This document shows positions 37,618 through 52,845 of a stretch of DNA of 64,000 bases, one piece after another. Position numbers and translations under genes: made by a program. The notes under the pieces are model-generated. The model did not search any database. It was not told where the DNA came from and saw nothing but the letters and a program-made list of their open reading frames with translations. Within the stretch, counting starts at the first letter, position 1; each line of letters begins with the position of its first letter. The DNA lies in assembly GCF_009914755.1 (NCBI RefSeq), contig NC_060929.1; one strand, 5' to 3'. Source of the stretch: the human T2T-CHM13v2.0 reference genome, Homo sapiens.

Positions 37618-37770
37618 CTCCGCAAAGCTGTCATGGACCACGTTTCAGATTCTTTCCTGGAAACCAATGTTCCACTTTTGGTATTGATTGAAGCTGCAAA
37701 GAATGGAAATGAGAAAGAAGTTAAGGAGTATGCCCAAGTTTTCCGTGAACATGCCAACAAATTGATTGAG
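37618..37770 (+). CDS. CTNNA1: CTNNA1 exon 9 (LRKAVMDHVSDSFLETNVPLLVLIEAAKNGNEKEVKEYAQVFREHANKLIE)
   Basis: cattag| then 153 nt and GAG|gtaagt. Matches ORF 37633-37824 up to the donor; alpha-catenin sequence. Confidence 0.97.
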
Positions 37771-38069
37771 GTAAGTGAATTAGCAGTTTCATTGACTTGT
37801 AGGCAACTTGGTGAAGTGTGGTGAGTTTTAATCACATTATTTAATCAGTTAAAATTTGTAAGGGCTCGCTTAACATACAACATGTCTGAGATGATAGTCT
37901 TTCATTATCACTTAACATCTAAGGAAAACTACCATTTTGGTCACTTTACATTAACTATGTACGTTATTAAATACTAACAGTTCCTATCCTAGAAGCCTAA
38001 CATCTCCACTTAATGCAAATAAAGATAAATCATGACATGACTAGACTCAAAAGATAGGATAGAAAGCAA

Positions 38070-38255
38070 CAGTGCCTAAGAACCAGAGCTCAGGAACCAC
38101 ACTGCCTGCGCTTGCATCCTGACAAGCTAACCTAACCTTCCTCAATTGCCATTTCTTGTCTGTAAAATTAGGACACTGATAATATCTATCTTGGGATTAT
38201 TTTGAGGACCTAAAAAGATGATGTATGTCAGATGCTTAGCTTTATGCCTGAGACA
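38070..38255 (+). mobile_element. MIR
   Basis: tttcttgtctgtaaaattagga...ataatatctatcttggg...tttgagga...atgtatgt...tgcttag. Confidence 0.65.
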
Positions 38256-38667
38256 TAGACTCAGACCAGTCTTGTTTTAAAAGCAGAGAAACTGAGCCCT
38301 GACATGGGGCTAATTAGTTACATTTGCTTGGTAGAAATCTGTATGTTAGTAGTTGGTTTGTAGGGTGGCAAGAAGAAAGAGTGAATCGTGACTTATTTCG
38401 CAGGTAAGTTAGGCTTACTTCTCCTTTTGCTAACTGAAATTATGTTACTTAATTTATTCATTATTGCTGTATTTTGGAAATGGGACGCAAAATAAGCATA
38501 TATTCAAGTTATTTGATTTTGTAATCTTAATGCAGAACATCTAATACTTGGTAAAGATATTCCATATACCATATGGTAAGCTGGTCATTGTGTAAAAACA
38601 GAAAACGGGACCTTATGTAAAATGTGTGTCTCGTACTTTTGAATTTATAGTGATATTAGGCCACGTT

Positions 38668-38966
38668 TTGTTTTGTTTTTATTTGTTTGTTTTGAAACTG
38701 AGTCTTGCTGTGTCGCCCAGGTTGAAGTGCAGTGGGGCAATCTCAGCTGACTGCAATCTCTGCCTCCTGGGTTCAAGCAATTCTCCTGCCTCAGCCTCCT
38801 GAGTAGCTGGAATTACAGGCACCCGCCACCATGCCTGGCTAATTTTTTTGTATTTTTTTTTTTTTAGTAGAGACGGGGCTGGTCTCAAAACTCCTGACCT
38901 CAAGTGATCTACCCGCCTTGGCCTCCCAAAGTGCTAGGATTATAGGCGTGAGCCACTGCGCCTGGC
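38668..38966 (-). mobile_element. AluS with small deletion
   Basis: TSD taggccacgtt on both sides. Confidence 0.9.
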
Positions 38967-39449
38967 TAGGCCACGTTAATACCATAAAAATTTTCCGAGG
39001 AAGACACCAGTAGTCACATCGTGCATTACTAATTTTACATCATTTTCTTTGAACATTAAGTGTTATTCTGACCTGAATTCATTATTTACAGAATACATAG
39101 GTCAGTCTGCTATTTAAGTTAATGATTCTGGCATTTGAAACTAAAATTAGAAGACTTTGATTTTGTATCTCCATTAAGCATAATCTTGTTCACAATAGTC
39201 ACATGACAGCATGAGGTATAACTTCCAGATACACACAGATTGCGCTCAGGAAGCCAGTCTCTTGTAAGTAGCATACATATTAGAAAGTTCTTCCGCATGG
39301 TAGGAAGCAAGGATGCTGCCAGCCCAAGGCCTTGGGTACCAGTGTGGTGAAGGGCTGAGTGTGGCAGCTGAAGAGAGGGCAGTCCTTGTCTGTATTGGAG
39401 CATCCTTTATTAGGGCCAGCTGCATTATCCTCTGCCTCTCCAGCCTAAG

Positions 39450-39580
39450 AGAGCTGACATTTGCTGAGCACCTACTGTGTATCAGCTATGTGCAAGTACA
39501 GTGTACTTCCCACAACATTTCTCAGGTAAGGAAACAGGTTTACAGAGGTTAAGTAAGTTGCCTAAGTTCACCTGGCTTAC
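39450..39580 (-). mobile_element. MIR
   Basis: catttgctgagcacctactgtgt...ggaaacaggtttacagaggttaagtaagttgcctaagttcac. Confidence 0.7.
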
Positions 39581-40359
39581 ATCCCTCCAATAATGAGCAC
39601 TGTGCACTCAAGCTCACTGGCTTAGTGGACAGCCTAATACCCCACTGAAGCATTGAGTGGGCGAGGAAGTATTGGAGACCTTGCTCCAGGAGCTTTTTCC
39701 AAGCTTATATATTTTATTGTATTTCATTTAATTCTGAACACTACTAACCAAAGGCCCCCCCACCCCCACCCCCCAGAATTGAGAGTTTGGTGTTCCCCAT
39801 CACAGCTCAGTTCTGACCCCTTTCTAACCTCTCTTCTCTCCACACCCCCACACGTTAACTATGCATTAAATGACACATGGCTTTTCATTGCTTGAGGCAT
39901 AACCATAGGCTTTGTAGTCCCATTCTGCAAACAGTTAAATTACATTTACGGTAATAGAGACACTAGGATGTATAATTGCATATGTCCATGAAAAGGAAAT
40001 AAATTTTTAAAGTGTTGTAGAAGCCTCAAATTCCTGACTTATGGCAGAATTTTATTCTTCAGTGACAAGGCTTCTCCTCCCCTACCACTTTTGTATTATA
40101 ATGAAACACTTTGAACTAGTCAGTGACTTGTTTTAAGCAAAGGTAAAATATTTCATTGTGAGTGTTAATTTCTTGACTGCTTCATTTCTTCTTGTTCTAA
40201 CTGGATTAAATGTCTACAGGCCAACTTTGGTTTTAAGGGCCATTTGCCATTTTCCCTGGGGTGTAAGGGAAGTGAGAGTGCTATATGAAAGTTGGGCAGG
40301 GTTGATGGTGATAAGCCTCTGGCAAGAGAGGAGAGGTTCAGACATTGCAGCCACTGAGA

Positions 40360-41052
40360 AGTCTGCCAGATGTGTTTGGGTTGAGTGCTCCTCCTAAAAT
40401 ACTGCAATACAGTTCTGATGCTAATCACCAGAAGTTAGTGCAGACCCCACAGGTTTAGGGCATGGTCCCCAATAAGATTGCCTTCACTTCACATGTCAGC
40501 TGCAAGTTCTGGGGTCCCCAGGCCACCTGTACTTCTGACCAGCCAGGTACAAATCTGAGGGGTTCCTATGACCCACCTCAGGTTTCAGTAATCCACTAGA
40601 ACAACTCATAGAATATTTTATTATAAAGGATACTAATCAGGACCAGCCAAATGAGGAGACACATAGGATGGAGTCTGGGAAGGTCTCAAATACAGAGATT
40701 CTATGCCTCTTCCAATGAAATCAAGGTTCATCATCCTCTTGTCACATTGATGTTTCACCAACCAGAAGCTCCACTGAGTTTCAGTGTTCAGAGTTTTTAT
40801 TGGGGTTTCATTATGGAGGCATGATGATCCAATAATGATATAGTTGAACTCAATCTCCAGTCCCCTTCCCTGAAAGCCCCAGTCCTCTAATCACATGGTT
40901 GGCCCCATATCCTGAGGAATCTCCTTAGCATAAACTATCAGGGCTTGCCATGCATGAATAACATTCTTCCATTACTACTGAAATTCCAAAGATTCAGAGG
41001 TTTCCTCACAGGAATCCAGGACAAAGACCAGACCAGACAAATTATATAATAC
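40360..41052. mobile_element. MER21-family LTR
   Basis: agttagtgcagaccccacaggtt...ggggtccccaggccacc...acttctgacc...ctagaacaactca...ataaaggatac...gccaaatgaggagac resembles MER21. Confidence 0.65.
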
Positions 41053-41606
41053 CTCCCCATCTTAAAGGTATGTGGAATGCATGATTTTTAGGTAGCTTGA
41101 CTACACAGGCCAGCTTAGCATGCTGCAGAGTCATAAACACCACCTGGAAGAGGTAAGGCAGGGCAAGTTTGTTTCTGCAGCTTTTTGTCGATCCTTTTTA
41201 TGGTCGTTACCCAGTGATTTACCACTTGTCTTATTGGGTGCTATTTGCTTTGAGCTTTCCTTTTCCCTGGAGATGCTCTTTTCTGAGTCAAGTTTTTTCT
41301 TCTCCGCAGGGAATCTGATCCCATCTCTTCACACCAGAGTGAGTGGTCCTTTCTCATAGAATCATAGGTTCTTAGTCTGGTGTGTAAATCCCTTTCACTT
41401 GTAATCTTTATTGTCATGTCTGTATTGGATCCTTCAGCAGTGGGAAACTCTCCCTCCAGAGACAGCATATTTAACTGGTATGGTAGATTCTCTGGCTGTT
41501 AGGGGAGGGGAGTTACAACCTCCTTTTTTTTTTTGGAACCTCTCCTGTCCATGTGCTTGCTGATTACACACATGTGAATTAGAAGTACTTTAAACATAAG
41601 ATTAAT

Positions 41607-41925
41607 GGCCGGGCACTGTGGCCCATGCCTGTAATCCTAACATTTTTGGAGGCGGAGGTGGGCAGATCACTTGAGGTCAGGAGTTCGAGACCAGCCTGGC
41701 TACATGGTGAAACCCCATCTCTACCAAAAATACAAAAATTAGCCGGGCATGGTGGCGGGTGCCTGTAATCCCAGCTACTTGCGAGGCAAGGTAGGAGAAT
41801 TGCTTGAACCCAGGAGGTGGAGGTTGCAGTCAACCGAGGTTGTGCCACTGCACTCCAGCTTGGGTGACAGAGCGAGACGCCGTCTCAAAAAATAAATAAA
41901 ATAACAACAACCACAAAAACAAAAA
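41607..41925 (+). mobile_element. AluS
   Basis: Full Alu. Confidence 0.92.
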
Positions 41926-41940
41926 ACCATAAGATACATA

Positions 41941-42382
41941 TGTGAAAGGAAAATAAATCTTGGGACCCCCAAATCAGTAAGCTAAAGGGAAAAATCAATC
42001 TGGGAACTGCTTAAGGCAAACCTGCCTCCCATTCTTTGCAAAGTCATTTCTCTGCTGTGGGGATAAATGCATATGTGATTGATTGCTTCCTTTGGAAAGG
42101 GAATCAGAAACTCAAAAGAATGCAACTGTTTGTCTCTTATCTACCTATGACCTGGAAGCCCCTTCCCTCCTTCGAGTTGTCCAGCCTTTTAGACAGAACC
42201 AGTGTACATCTTACATATATGGATTGATGTCTCATGATTCCCTAAAATGTATAAAACCAAGCTGTGCCCCAAGCACCTTGGGCACAGGACTTCCTGAGGC
42301 TGTGTTACAGGCGTGTCCTTAACCTTGGCAAAGTAAATTTTCTAAATTGACTGAGACCTATCTCAGATATTTTGGGTTAACA
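41941..42382 (+). mobile_element. MER4A1-like ERV1 solo LTR
   Basis: Starts TGTGAAAGGAAAATAAATCTTGGGACCCC and ends TTTTGGGTTAACA. Perfect 4-bp TSD CATA at 41937-41940 and 42383-42386. Confidence 0.85.
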
Positions 42383-42456
42383 CATACTTACATATTTTCA
42401 GGATGTGATATAGAAAAAGAATATAAAATATGGAAAAAGAATATAAAATAGCTTAG

Positions 42457-42759
42457 TTTTTTTTTTTTTTTTTTTGAGACAGAGTCTTGCTCTGTCGCCC
42501 AGGCTGGAGTGCAGTGACATGATCTTGGCTCACTGCAACCTCTGCCTCCCAGTTTCAAGCGATTCTCTGCCTCAGCCTCTCAAGTTGCTAGGATTACAGG
42601 TGCCTGCTGTCACGCCTGGCCATTTTTGTATTTTTAGAAGAGATGGAGTTTCAGCATGTTGGCCAGGCTAGTCTCGAACTCCCAATCTTGATCAAGTGAT
42701 TCGCCCGCCTCGGCCTCCCAGAGTGCTGGGATTACAGGTGTGAGCCACTGTGCCCGGCC
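42457..42759 (-). mobile_element. AluS
   Basis: Full Alu. Confidence 0.9.
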
Positions 42760-42852
42760 CAGTAATAATTTTTTATATTGCTTGTATGTTGAAATAATTT
42801 TTGGTACCTTTTTGCCTTTTTAATGTGCCTACTAAAAAAATTTAAAAATTCA

Positions 42853-43174
<322 letters not shown>

Positions 43175-43685
43175 TCAGTGGCTCTTGTACTTTTGTTGAT
43201 CTAGATGATTTCCCTGAGCCTTTTAGAGGGTCATTTTTGTCCCAGCTCTCCTCTGAATGCCCTTCACTCAAGGCCAGCCCTCACGGAACACCTGTTCCGG
43301 GGTCTGGGGATGAGGGTAGAGCAGTGGAGGCTGTCATCATTCCGGAAGGAGACTGCCCAGTGTATCCCAGGATGCCTTCAGCCTTTTGGGCAGCAGCCTC
43401 ACTTTGTGATGCCCATTGAGCTCACAGTTGGTCAGCATCCCTAGGCTTTCCATACATAGGTGCTGCTGCTCAGTGTCATCATGTTCGTTCCTATCAGCGT
43501 GGATGTGGGTGGGTGTTTGGCTCTTATGTATGGCTTTGAAACTCATCTAGTATAACCTTATATTCCATCTCATGTTCTGTCCTATCAGGATTCCTGCTGC
43601 ATTTTTCCACATATTATTGGCTGCCCCCTTCCATTTGTGTCCTTTCTTTAAAATAAAATATCTTTTCTCCTTTTATCCAACCTGA

Positions 43686-44376
<691 letters not shown>

Positions 44377-44387
44377 TAGAGCCTTTA

Positions 44388-45270
<883 letters not shown>

Positions 45271-45284
45271 TGAGGGAACCTATT

Positions 45285-45400
45285 GGTTCTCAAAGTTAAT
45301 AAACATTAGAGTTGCCCAGGTGCTCAACATTCAGATTCCTGGGCTACCACCCAGCCCCCTCCCCAAGATTCTGATTTAGTGGGCTGAAGACTATACTTTA
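45285..45400. mobile_element. MER5-like hAT remnant
   Basis: tggttctcaaagt...cagattcctgggc...ccc...gattctgatttagt. Confidence 0.5.
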
Positions 45401-46354
45401 GAAATGCAGAGCTCTACATTATGACTGATCGTCCTTGTTAGTGGACTTTGTCTTATTCTGAAGTATGTGTAACATTTGCACAAAAGAGCGTTGTAATGCA
45501 TCTTGCATATATACCCAGTGTGCACAAGGGGAATGAACTGGGAAAACTTGTGGGATGTGGAGATGGTGGGAAAAATTTGGAGATTTTTTTTGAAAAGGTT
45601 AACTGACATTGATTTGAGCAGTTTTTTGGGGGGGGGATGGGAGTGGCTAGAATGAAGCTTTCAAAAACCTGTAGCAAACTTCCTGTATTTGAGGGAGAAG
45701 AAAATTGTAACAAAATTCTTAAAATAAGTATTTATAGATTTCTTAGTATGTCCTGGTCACAGTTCTGGACATTAGGAATATAGTAGTGAATACAACAATA
45801 ATCTCTACTCACATAAAGATTATCTTGTACTAAATATGTATTTTATATAATGTATATATTTTTTACAATGTAGTAGAAATTGTACTGAGGTGATACGTGC
45901 AAGTTGTCCATTTTATCAGAGTTTGAAATGAAAGTTGAACAAAAGCTGTTATTTCAGTAGCATTTTAATACATGACCAAAACAAATTTGGGGCAGATGTG
46001 TTGATTCTTGCTAACTTGGTTTTTGGAAATCTTATCTGTTGCTTTGATAGAAATACTTTTCTCCCAGACCAAATAAAATAGTATAAAAAGGTTATGCTTT
46101 AATCTGGAGTTTCACATAAAGTTGCTTCAAATATGTGAATAGTTCCTGAGTAGTATTAGGGCTAACACCCACTCAGAAGTGGAAGTGTTTTATGATGCCT
46201 TGTGTGTATATCACACTATGGAAATAAGATTCATTTCAAGAATAAAAACCACATATTGACTATTGAGGTTTTATCGACAGAAGTAAATTCCTCTAGTCCC
46301 CCTGTGTGTACACAGTGTCAGGGAGTCTGTGTGGTGCAGGCTGCCTATTGGATC

Positions 46355-46482
46355 TTTATTATTTTTTGAGATGTGGTTCTTGCTTTTTGGCCCACACTGG
46401 TCTCAAACTCCTGGCCTCAAGATATCCTCCCTCCTCAGCCTCCCAGGTAGCTAGGACTACAGGTGCACATCACTGTGCCCAG
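46355..46482 (-). mobile_element. Alu-derived monomer (FLAM/FRAM-like)
   Basis: About 125 bp of Alu-like monomer. Confidence 0.7.
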
Positions 46483-47418
46483 TTCTGGGTCCTTATTTTA
46501 ATAAGAATCTTTTGTGATTTCACTTAAAAGCAAATAGCAGAATATTCGCCATGAGATCTCTCTTAACTGTTATTTTCTGAGGGTCTGGCTGGGACCTGTG
46601 ACCGCCTCATACTGCACTTCTCAGTGGAATCTGGTAACTCCCTGCATGGTATTGAAGCCACTTCTCTTGTGTGAAGGGTGCATAGATGTTGTTTATCCTC
46701 AAGGCCAGTGAGTAAGGGGAGCAGGAGCCAGAGGGCTGGTATTGGTGGGCTGGATGGCTCTTCCCTTTACCATTTTCTTCTGTTCTGGAGTGTAGCATAG
46801 CACTGAGGGCATTTCTTTCATCTGTTTATAAAATAACATGGCCTTTCAAGGCCATGGTAAGGATAACACCTTTTATACTCACCCCTTTCTCCCCTATCAA
46901 GTTCATGATTTCTTTATGTTGCTCTTCAATTTAAAGTGTACTGAGGTGAAGAATTTATTCGCTATCAGAAATATTAACCTTTTTGTCAATAACGCAGTAC
47001 CCATGTGTCCTTTTTAATTGCTTCATTCCTTGCCCACCTCCTTTGGCTGTGAGCAGCTTAAACAGCCAAAGAGCATTGTTTTACCTTTTATTTTGCTCTC
47101 TTCTGAGTACATTTTCAATTTTGTGAATTGAGAGAGTGGCATAGGGAAAATGCCATTAATGAAATCCTGCCTATAAAAATGATATATTATTCATATGATA
47201 TATACAGCTGATTGTGTTTCATCCTTTCCCCGCTACCACCAGTAACTTCAGTCCAAAATCCTTTCCCCTCAGCTCCAGACCTTGTATTAAAATGTGGCTG
47301 TTATTATAATGAATTTGCTACAATAAGATTCTATTCCATGGACTACCTTGTGAATTAAGAACCAAAAAGTGAATGTAACTGGCATGCTTTTGAGCTGTTA
47401 CCTATACCTCACACCGCA

Positions 47419-47446
47419 CCCCCCCCCCCCCCCCCCGCCCCCGCCC
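47419..47446. repeat. C18 homopolymer followed by C-runs
   Basis: Read directly from the sequence. Confidence 0.9.
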
Positions 47447-48109
47447 AGCACACACAGTATTTCCCATTATCTGGAACTTCATAGGCTATGGCTTTATTGG
47501 TTTGAAATGTATATTTTAACTGCAAATTGGATGATCTGCATTATAACTTTTATTCCGTAGTATGCTGATAATATGTGGTAAAGTGGCCTTGAAAAAGGCT
47601 CTGTAAGGAGCATTTGAATTAAACACTGACCTGACGTGACTACCTGTGACATCTTGGGTATTTTCTCAGTACTGTAGGCTGATATTCTGGCAAAAAGCAA
47701 ATTTTAAATGAAGCTTCAGTTTTCTCAGATTATGGAATGTTTTCACGAGAGAAGTTAGCTGTCCTTGGGGAGAATGCTGACCTTGGATTCCAGAATTCTA
47801 AGCATACTAGCTTGATTTTTCTCACATATTCAAGGGTTTGTAAGTTCAGACCCTTACTTTTGTTTGAGACAAAATTGTCTTACATGTGTTCTATTTTTAA
47901 CACTTTGACCAAAAATAAGCTTTTTAGGCAGAATTTAACTACCTCGTCACATTATGGGATGATCAAGCAAAGGCAGTTGGATGAACCTTGTTCTCAAGGG
48001 GCATCAGGATTCTTCTTTTCTCTTGGAGCATTGGTAGGCATGACTAAAGAAGCACTCTGCCCAACCTTTGCTCTGTTCCAGAAAAGAGATGCAGTTTGGA
48101 TACAGCTTT

Positions 48110-48508
48110 TGATACAGTTTGGGTATTTGTCCCTGCCCAAATCTCATGTTAAATTGTAATCTCCAGGGACCTGGTGGGAGGTGTTGGATCAAGGTGTTTG
48201 GATCTGTCATAGCTGGTGCTGTCTTTGTGATAGTGAGTTCTTATGAGATCTGGTCATTTAAAAGTGTGTGGCACCTTCCTCCCCCACCCCCCCCCACCCC
48301 TTCTCTTGCTCTTCGTCTTACCGTGTGATATGTCTGCTCCCACCTTTGCCTTGCACCATGATTGGAAATTTCCTGAGGCCTCCTCAGAAGCAGGTGCTAC
48401 TATGCTTTCTGTACAGCCTGCAGAACTGTGAGCCAATTAAACCTCTTTTCTTATAAATTACCCAATCCCAGATATTTCTTTATAGCAATGCAAGAATGGC
48501 CTAATACA
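48110..48508 (+). mobile_element. MST (MSTA/B) ERVL-MaLR solo LTR
   Basis: TGATACAGTTTGG...CCCAAATCTCATGTT...CAGCCTGCAGAACTGTGAGCCAATTAAACCTCTTTTCTT...CTAATACA; near-TSD gcttt/gcctt. Confidence 0.88.
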
Positions 48509-48683
48509 GCCTTCTTGTTTCCTCATCAGTAGAGCTGATGGATTAATGTTTAGACAGTACCTTTGCTATCTTTACTTATAAATTATTCACACACTTAGGT
48601 AGACTAGAAGTAGAGAACTTTAAAAGTGGTTCATATAATACCATGTGAATGGAAATGATTACAAGATCATCTGAGTGGTGATC

Positions 48684-48746
48684 TGCACCACTGCACTCCA
48701 GCCTGTGTGACAGAGTGAGACCCTGTCTTAAAAAAAAAAAAAAAAA
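48684..48746 (+). mobile_element. Alu 3' fragment
   Basis: tgcaccactgcactccagcctg...gtct followed by A17. Confidence 0.8.
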
Positions 48747-48759
48747 GTTATCCTAAAGC

Positions 48760-49500
48760 TTTACTACGACATGTCTAAGTGTGGATTTCTTTTTATTTGC
48801 CCCATTTGGAATTTGTCTTCCCAAGTCTGAAAATGATATTTCATCCCTTCTGAAAAACATTCAGCCATTATCTCTTTCAGCATTGTCTTTCCCATCATTC
48901 TCTCTGTTCTTTCTTTGAAATTCTTGGTAGTTAAATAGTAGACTTTCTCAGTTTATCTTGCATGTCTCTTAAATTCTTTTGTGGTTTCCACATTTTCCAT
49001 AAGATGAAAATATCTTGGTTTTTCTAAAGAATTTCCTCATTTTGACTTTCTAGGTTACTAATTCTCTTTTCAGTAGAGTTTAAGTCAATATCACTTTAAA
49101 TTTCTAGAAGTGGTAGAAATTACTACTTTTTTCTTGAACTTCTATTTTGATCCTTTTCAAATCTGCCTAATTATTTTTGAGTGTCTTTTTCCTTATCTGT
49201 ACTCTTCTGTTAACATAAATATATTTTTTAAATTGCATTTTCGATCATTTGAGTATTGCGTTATTATGGATCTGATTACACAGGTGGTGGTTTTGCTTAT
49301 TCTTGCCCAAGACGGCTCATTTCCTTGTATACTTTTGTTTTTGTTTTTGTTTTTTTAATTTGTGAGTTCACATTCCTGGAGTTTTATTGTGGGAATTCTT
49401 TGAAGCCTGTGTTTAGCTTACCTTCCATGAGGTAAAATTTTCATTTATATTTGCTTCTGCCACCTGCTTAGAGGTACTACTAATACATAACCTCTTAAAT
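48760..49500 (-). mobile_element. Ancient L1 (L1ME-like) remnant
   Basis: gtgtggatttctttttattt...ttcagccattatctctttca-type L1M text; highly diverged. Confidence 0.5.
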
Positions 49501-51148
49501 GTAAAAGTTTTCTGAACCATATACATAACATAATTTCTATACCTAAACCTCTGCCAGCTTTTGATTAGAATTTGGAGTGGGGTATAGGGGCTTTTTCTTC
49601 TTTTCCTCCCTGAGCGAATGCTTAGACTGAGAAATACCCTCTTTCCATGGTGACTTTCTTGATCACTCTTAGGGTTGGTCACTTACTAGGGTTGTTGCCT
49701 TTTGCCTGTTCCAGCTCTGCGCAGTCTCTGATCTGAGTCATCTACCTTGAGAGGACCCTGGCCTTGGCCCATTAAAACCCAAGTTCTCATCATGAAATGG
49801 TGCCTCCCTGCAAAACCCCCCACCACCCACCAGAGGAAACACTGTTTTGGCTGATTGCTTACTTCTCTGAAGTTCTCCTTTCTCTTTTCTAGCCTCTGAC
49901 AATTTCTCTTAATTTTTCACCTGCCTAGCTCTGCATTAAAAATTGAAAAAGCATTATTAAAGCATAATCTGTATACCATAAAATTAACCATTTTAAGTGT
50001 ACAATTCAGATTTTGGTAAGTTTACAGAACTGTGCACCCATCACCACAATCTAGTTGTAGAATTTTTCTATTATCCATGCATACTTCATTTTTCAGTATT
50101 GTAAGATATCTTATTTCTCCTAATAAGATCACCAACACCTTTCCCTGGAAATTGGAAAGGTAGGGGCTTATCATCATTTCCCCTGTGGGTTTGGAAGTAG
50201 TTGTTAAAAACTTATTGAGTGCCTCTGAAATGTTATGACCTGCATTTGGGACTTTTACTTTATGTACGACAAGTTTGTAAAAGTTGAGTTTTTGATTTTA
50301 TTGTTATTTTTGACTTTTAGACATTCAGATCATTTTAAAGAAGAAAACTCGGGTGCTAGCTTGGCCCAGGGGCACAGGGGAAGAGATGAATGTTTTGAAC
50401 TCTGTTCCTTTGGGCTGCTGCTGCGTTGGTGGGTCATTATTTAGACTTAAAAGCTCCCTGTCCCACATCTCTTCTCACTTGCTTACTCCTACAACAGGTA
50501 TAAACTGTTATGAGAGTCAGTCATTAATTTATTATCAAGAACAAAAAGAAATCTTATCTTGTCTTCCTACAAACATTCCAGGATAAGAGGAACTCAGCCA
50601 AATAGGAAGCCAGGAGCAGTTAAGGAAGTGGGAAACAACTTGTGTTCGACTTCAGTAAATCATAAATCTATGTATAATAGAGAAAAATAGTCATTATGGT
50701 TACAGAAGGAGCAGGATTGAAATAAAGTCATAATGGGATTTTTTCCTAAATGAAACTTCATTTAACAAATTTTATGTAAGTAAAGATCATCCATCGTGGA
50801 GTAAAGGTAGAGCCTTCCTAAAAGACTGAAAAAGTTGTCTGTCATGTACAGATGTCTAATCTGTTGATCTGACACAGGGGGGCTGTGAGTCATTTCCTCA
50901 ACAGCTCAGATTTGAGCTTGGGTTTTCCTGAAACCAGCAAAACCCAAGGCCGATTGTTTAAATGTTTTCTGAAACCTGCTCTTCCGCAAGGTCCAAACTT
51001 CCACACAGTAGGCACAGATGGTACAAAAGAGGGCTGCCTGATCTCAAACTAGTGGTTGTGGTGTCAGTCTTAGCCTACCTCTTCGAATAGTGGGAATCAG
51101 AGACATTTTAGTTGTTAATACAAGTAACTGTGGTAGGAAAGATAATAA

Positions 51149-51832
<684 letters not shown>

Positions 51833-52468
51833 CTCAGAGTGTTTCTCATTCTAACCTCAGGATCTTCTTTAGTCTCATTGTTAATAGTTACGTCATTCTA
51901 GAGCCCCAGATTTTCCACAGAAAGAGGCATTTAGGAAGCTCCTCTCCTCGCCCTCTCCTTTCACTGTAGTCAGGCCTGACACTAGTATGTGAGGTTGGCC
52001 TCTCAGAGAGCTATGGTCATGATGTTGCATTTGCACATTTGTCATTGTTAGAAGTGAGTAGCCCTGTCCCTGGGGGGTGAATTGAAGCTCATTCATCTGG
52101 AGAAGACTGTTAGTGACAGGCACTCCTTCCTCCTCCCAGGCCTCCTGAAATAGGCAGTGTGCTCTTGTAGAACATTACTGCTTCAACAGTACACCAGAAA
52201 TATTTTAAAGTAATGTTTTAAAATAAAGAACAAGTCTTCCATAACCTTTGTTTTGTTAGTGTTTGTAATCATGAAACAGAAAAGATGGTTTAACAGCCAT
52301 TTCAGCCTTAGCCACACACTACCCTCATGTGTCTGATGTAGAGAGTACTTACGTAATCTTTTGCTTCTTTTTTAAAAATCTTTTGCTTCTTAATTTAAAT
52401 ATTTTTCTGAGTTTTAAGGATTCATAAGATTGAGAATATAGATTGAAATAAGATTGTGCTAGTAGTGA

Positions 52469-52845
<377 letters not shown>

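Noticed and set aside
37771-37824. C-terminal extension VSELAVSLTCRQLGEVW of ORF 37633-37824
   Set aside because: Read-through past the consensus donor GAG|gtaagt into the intron.
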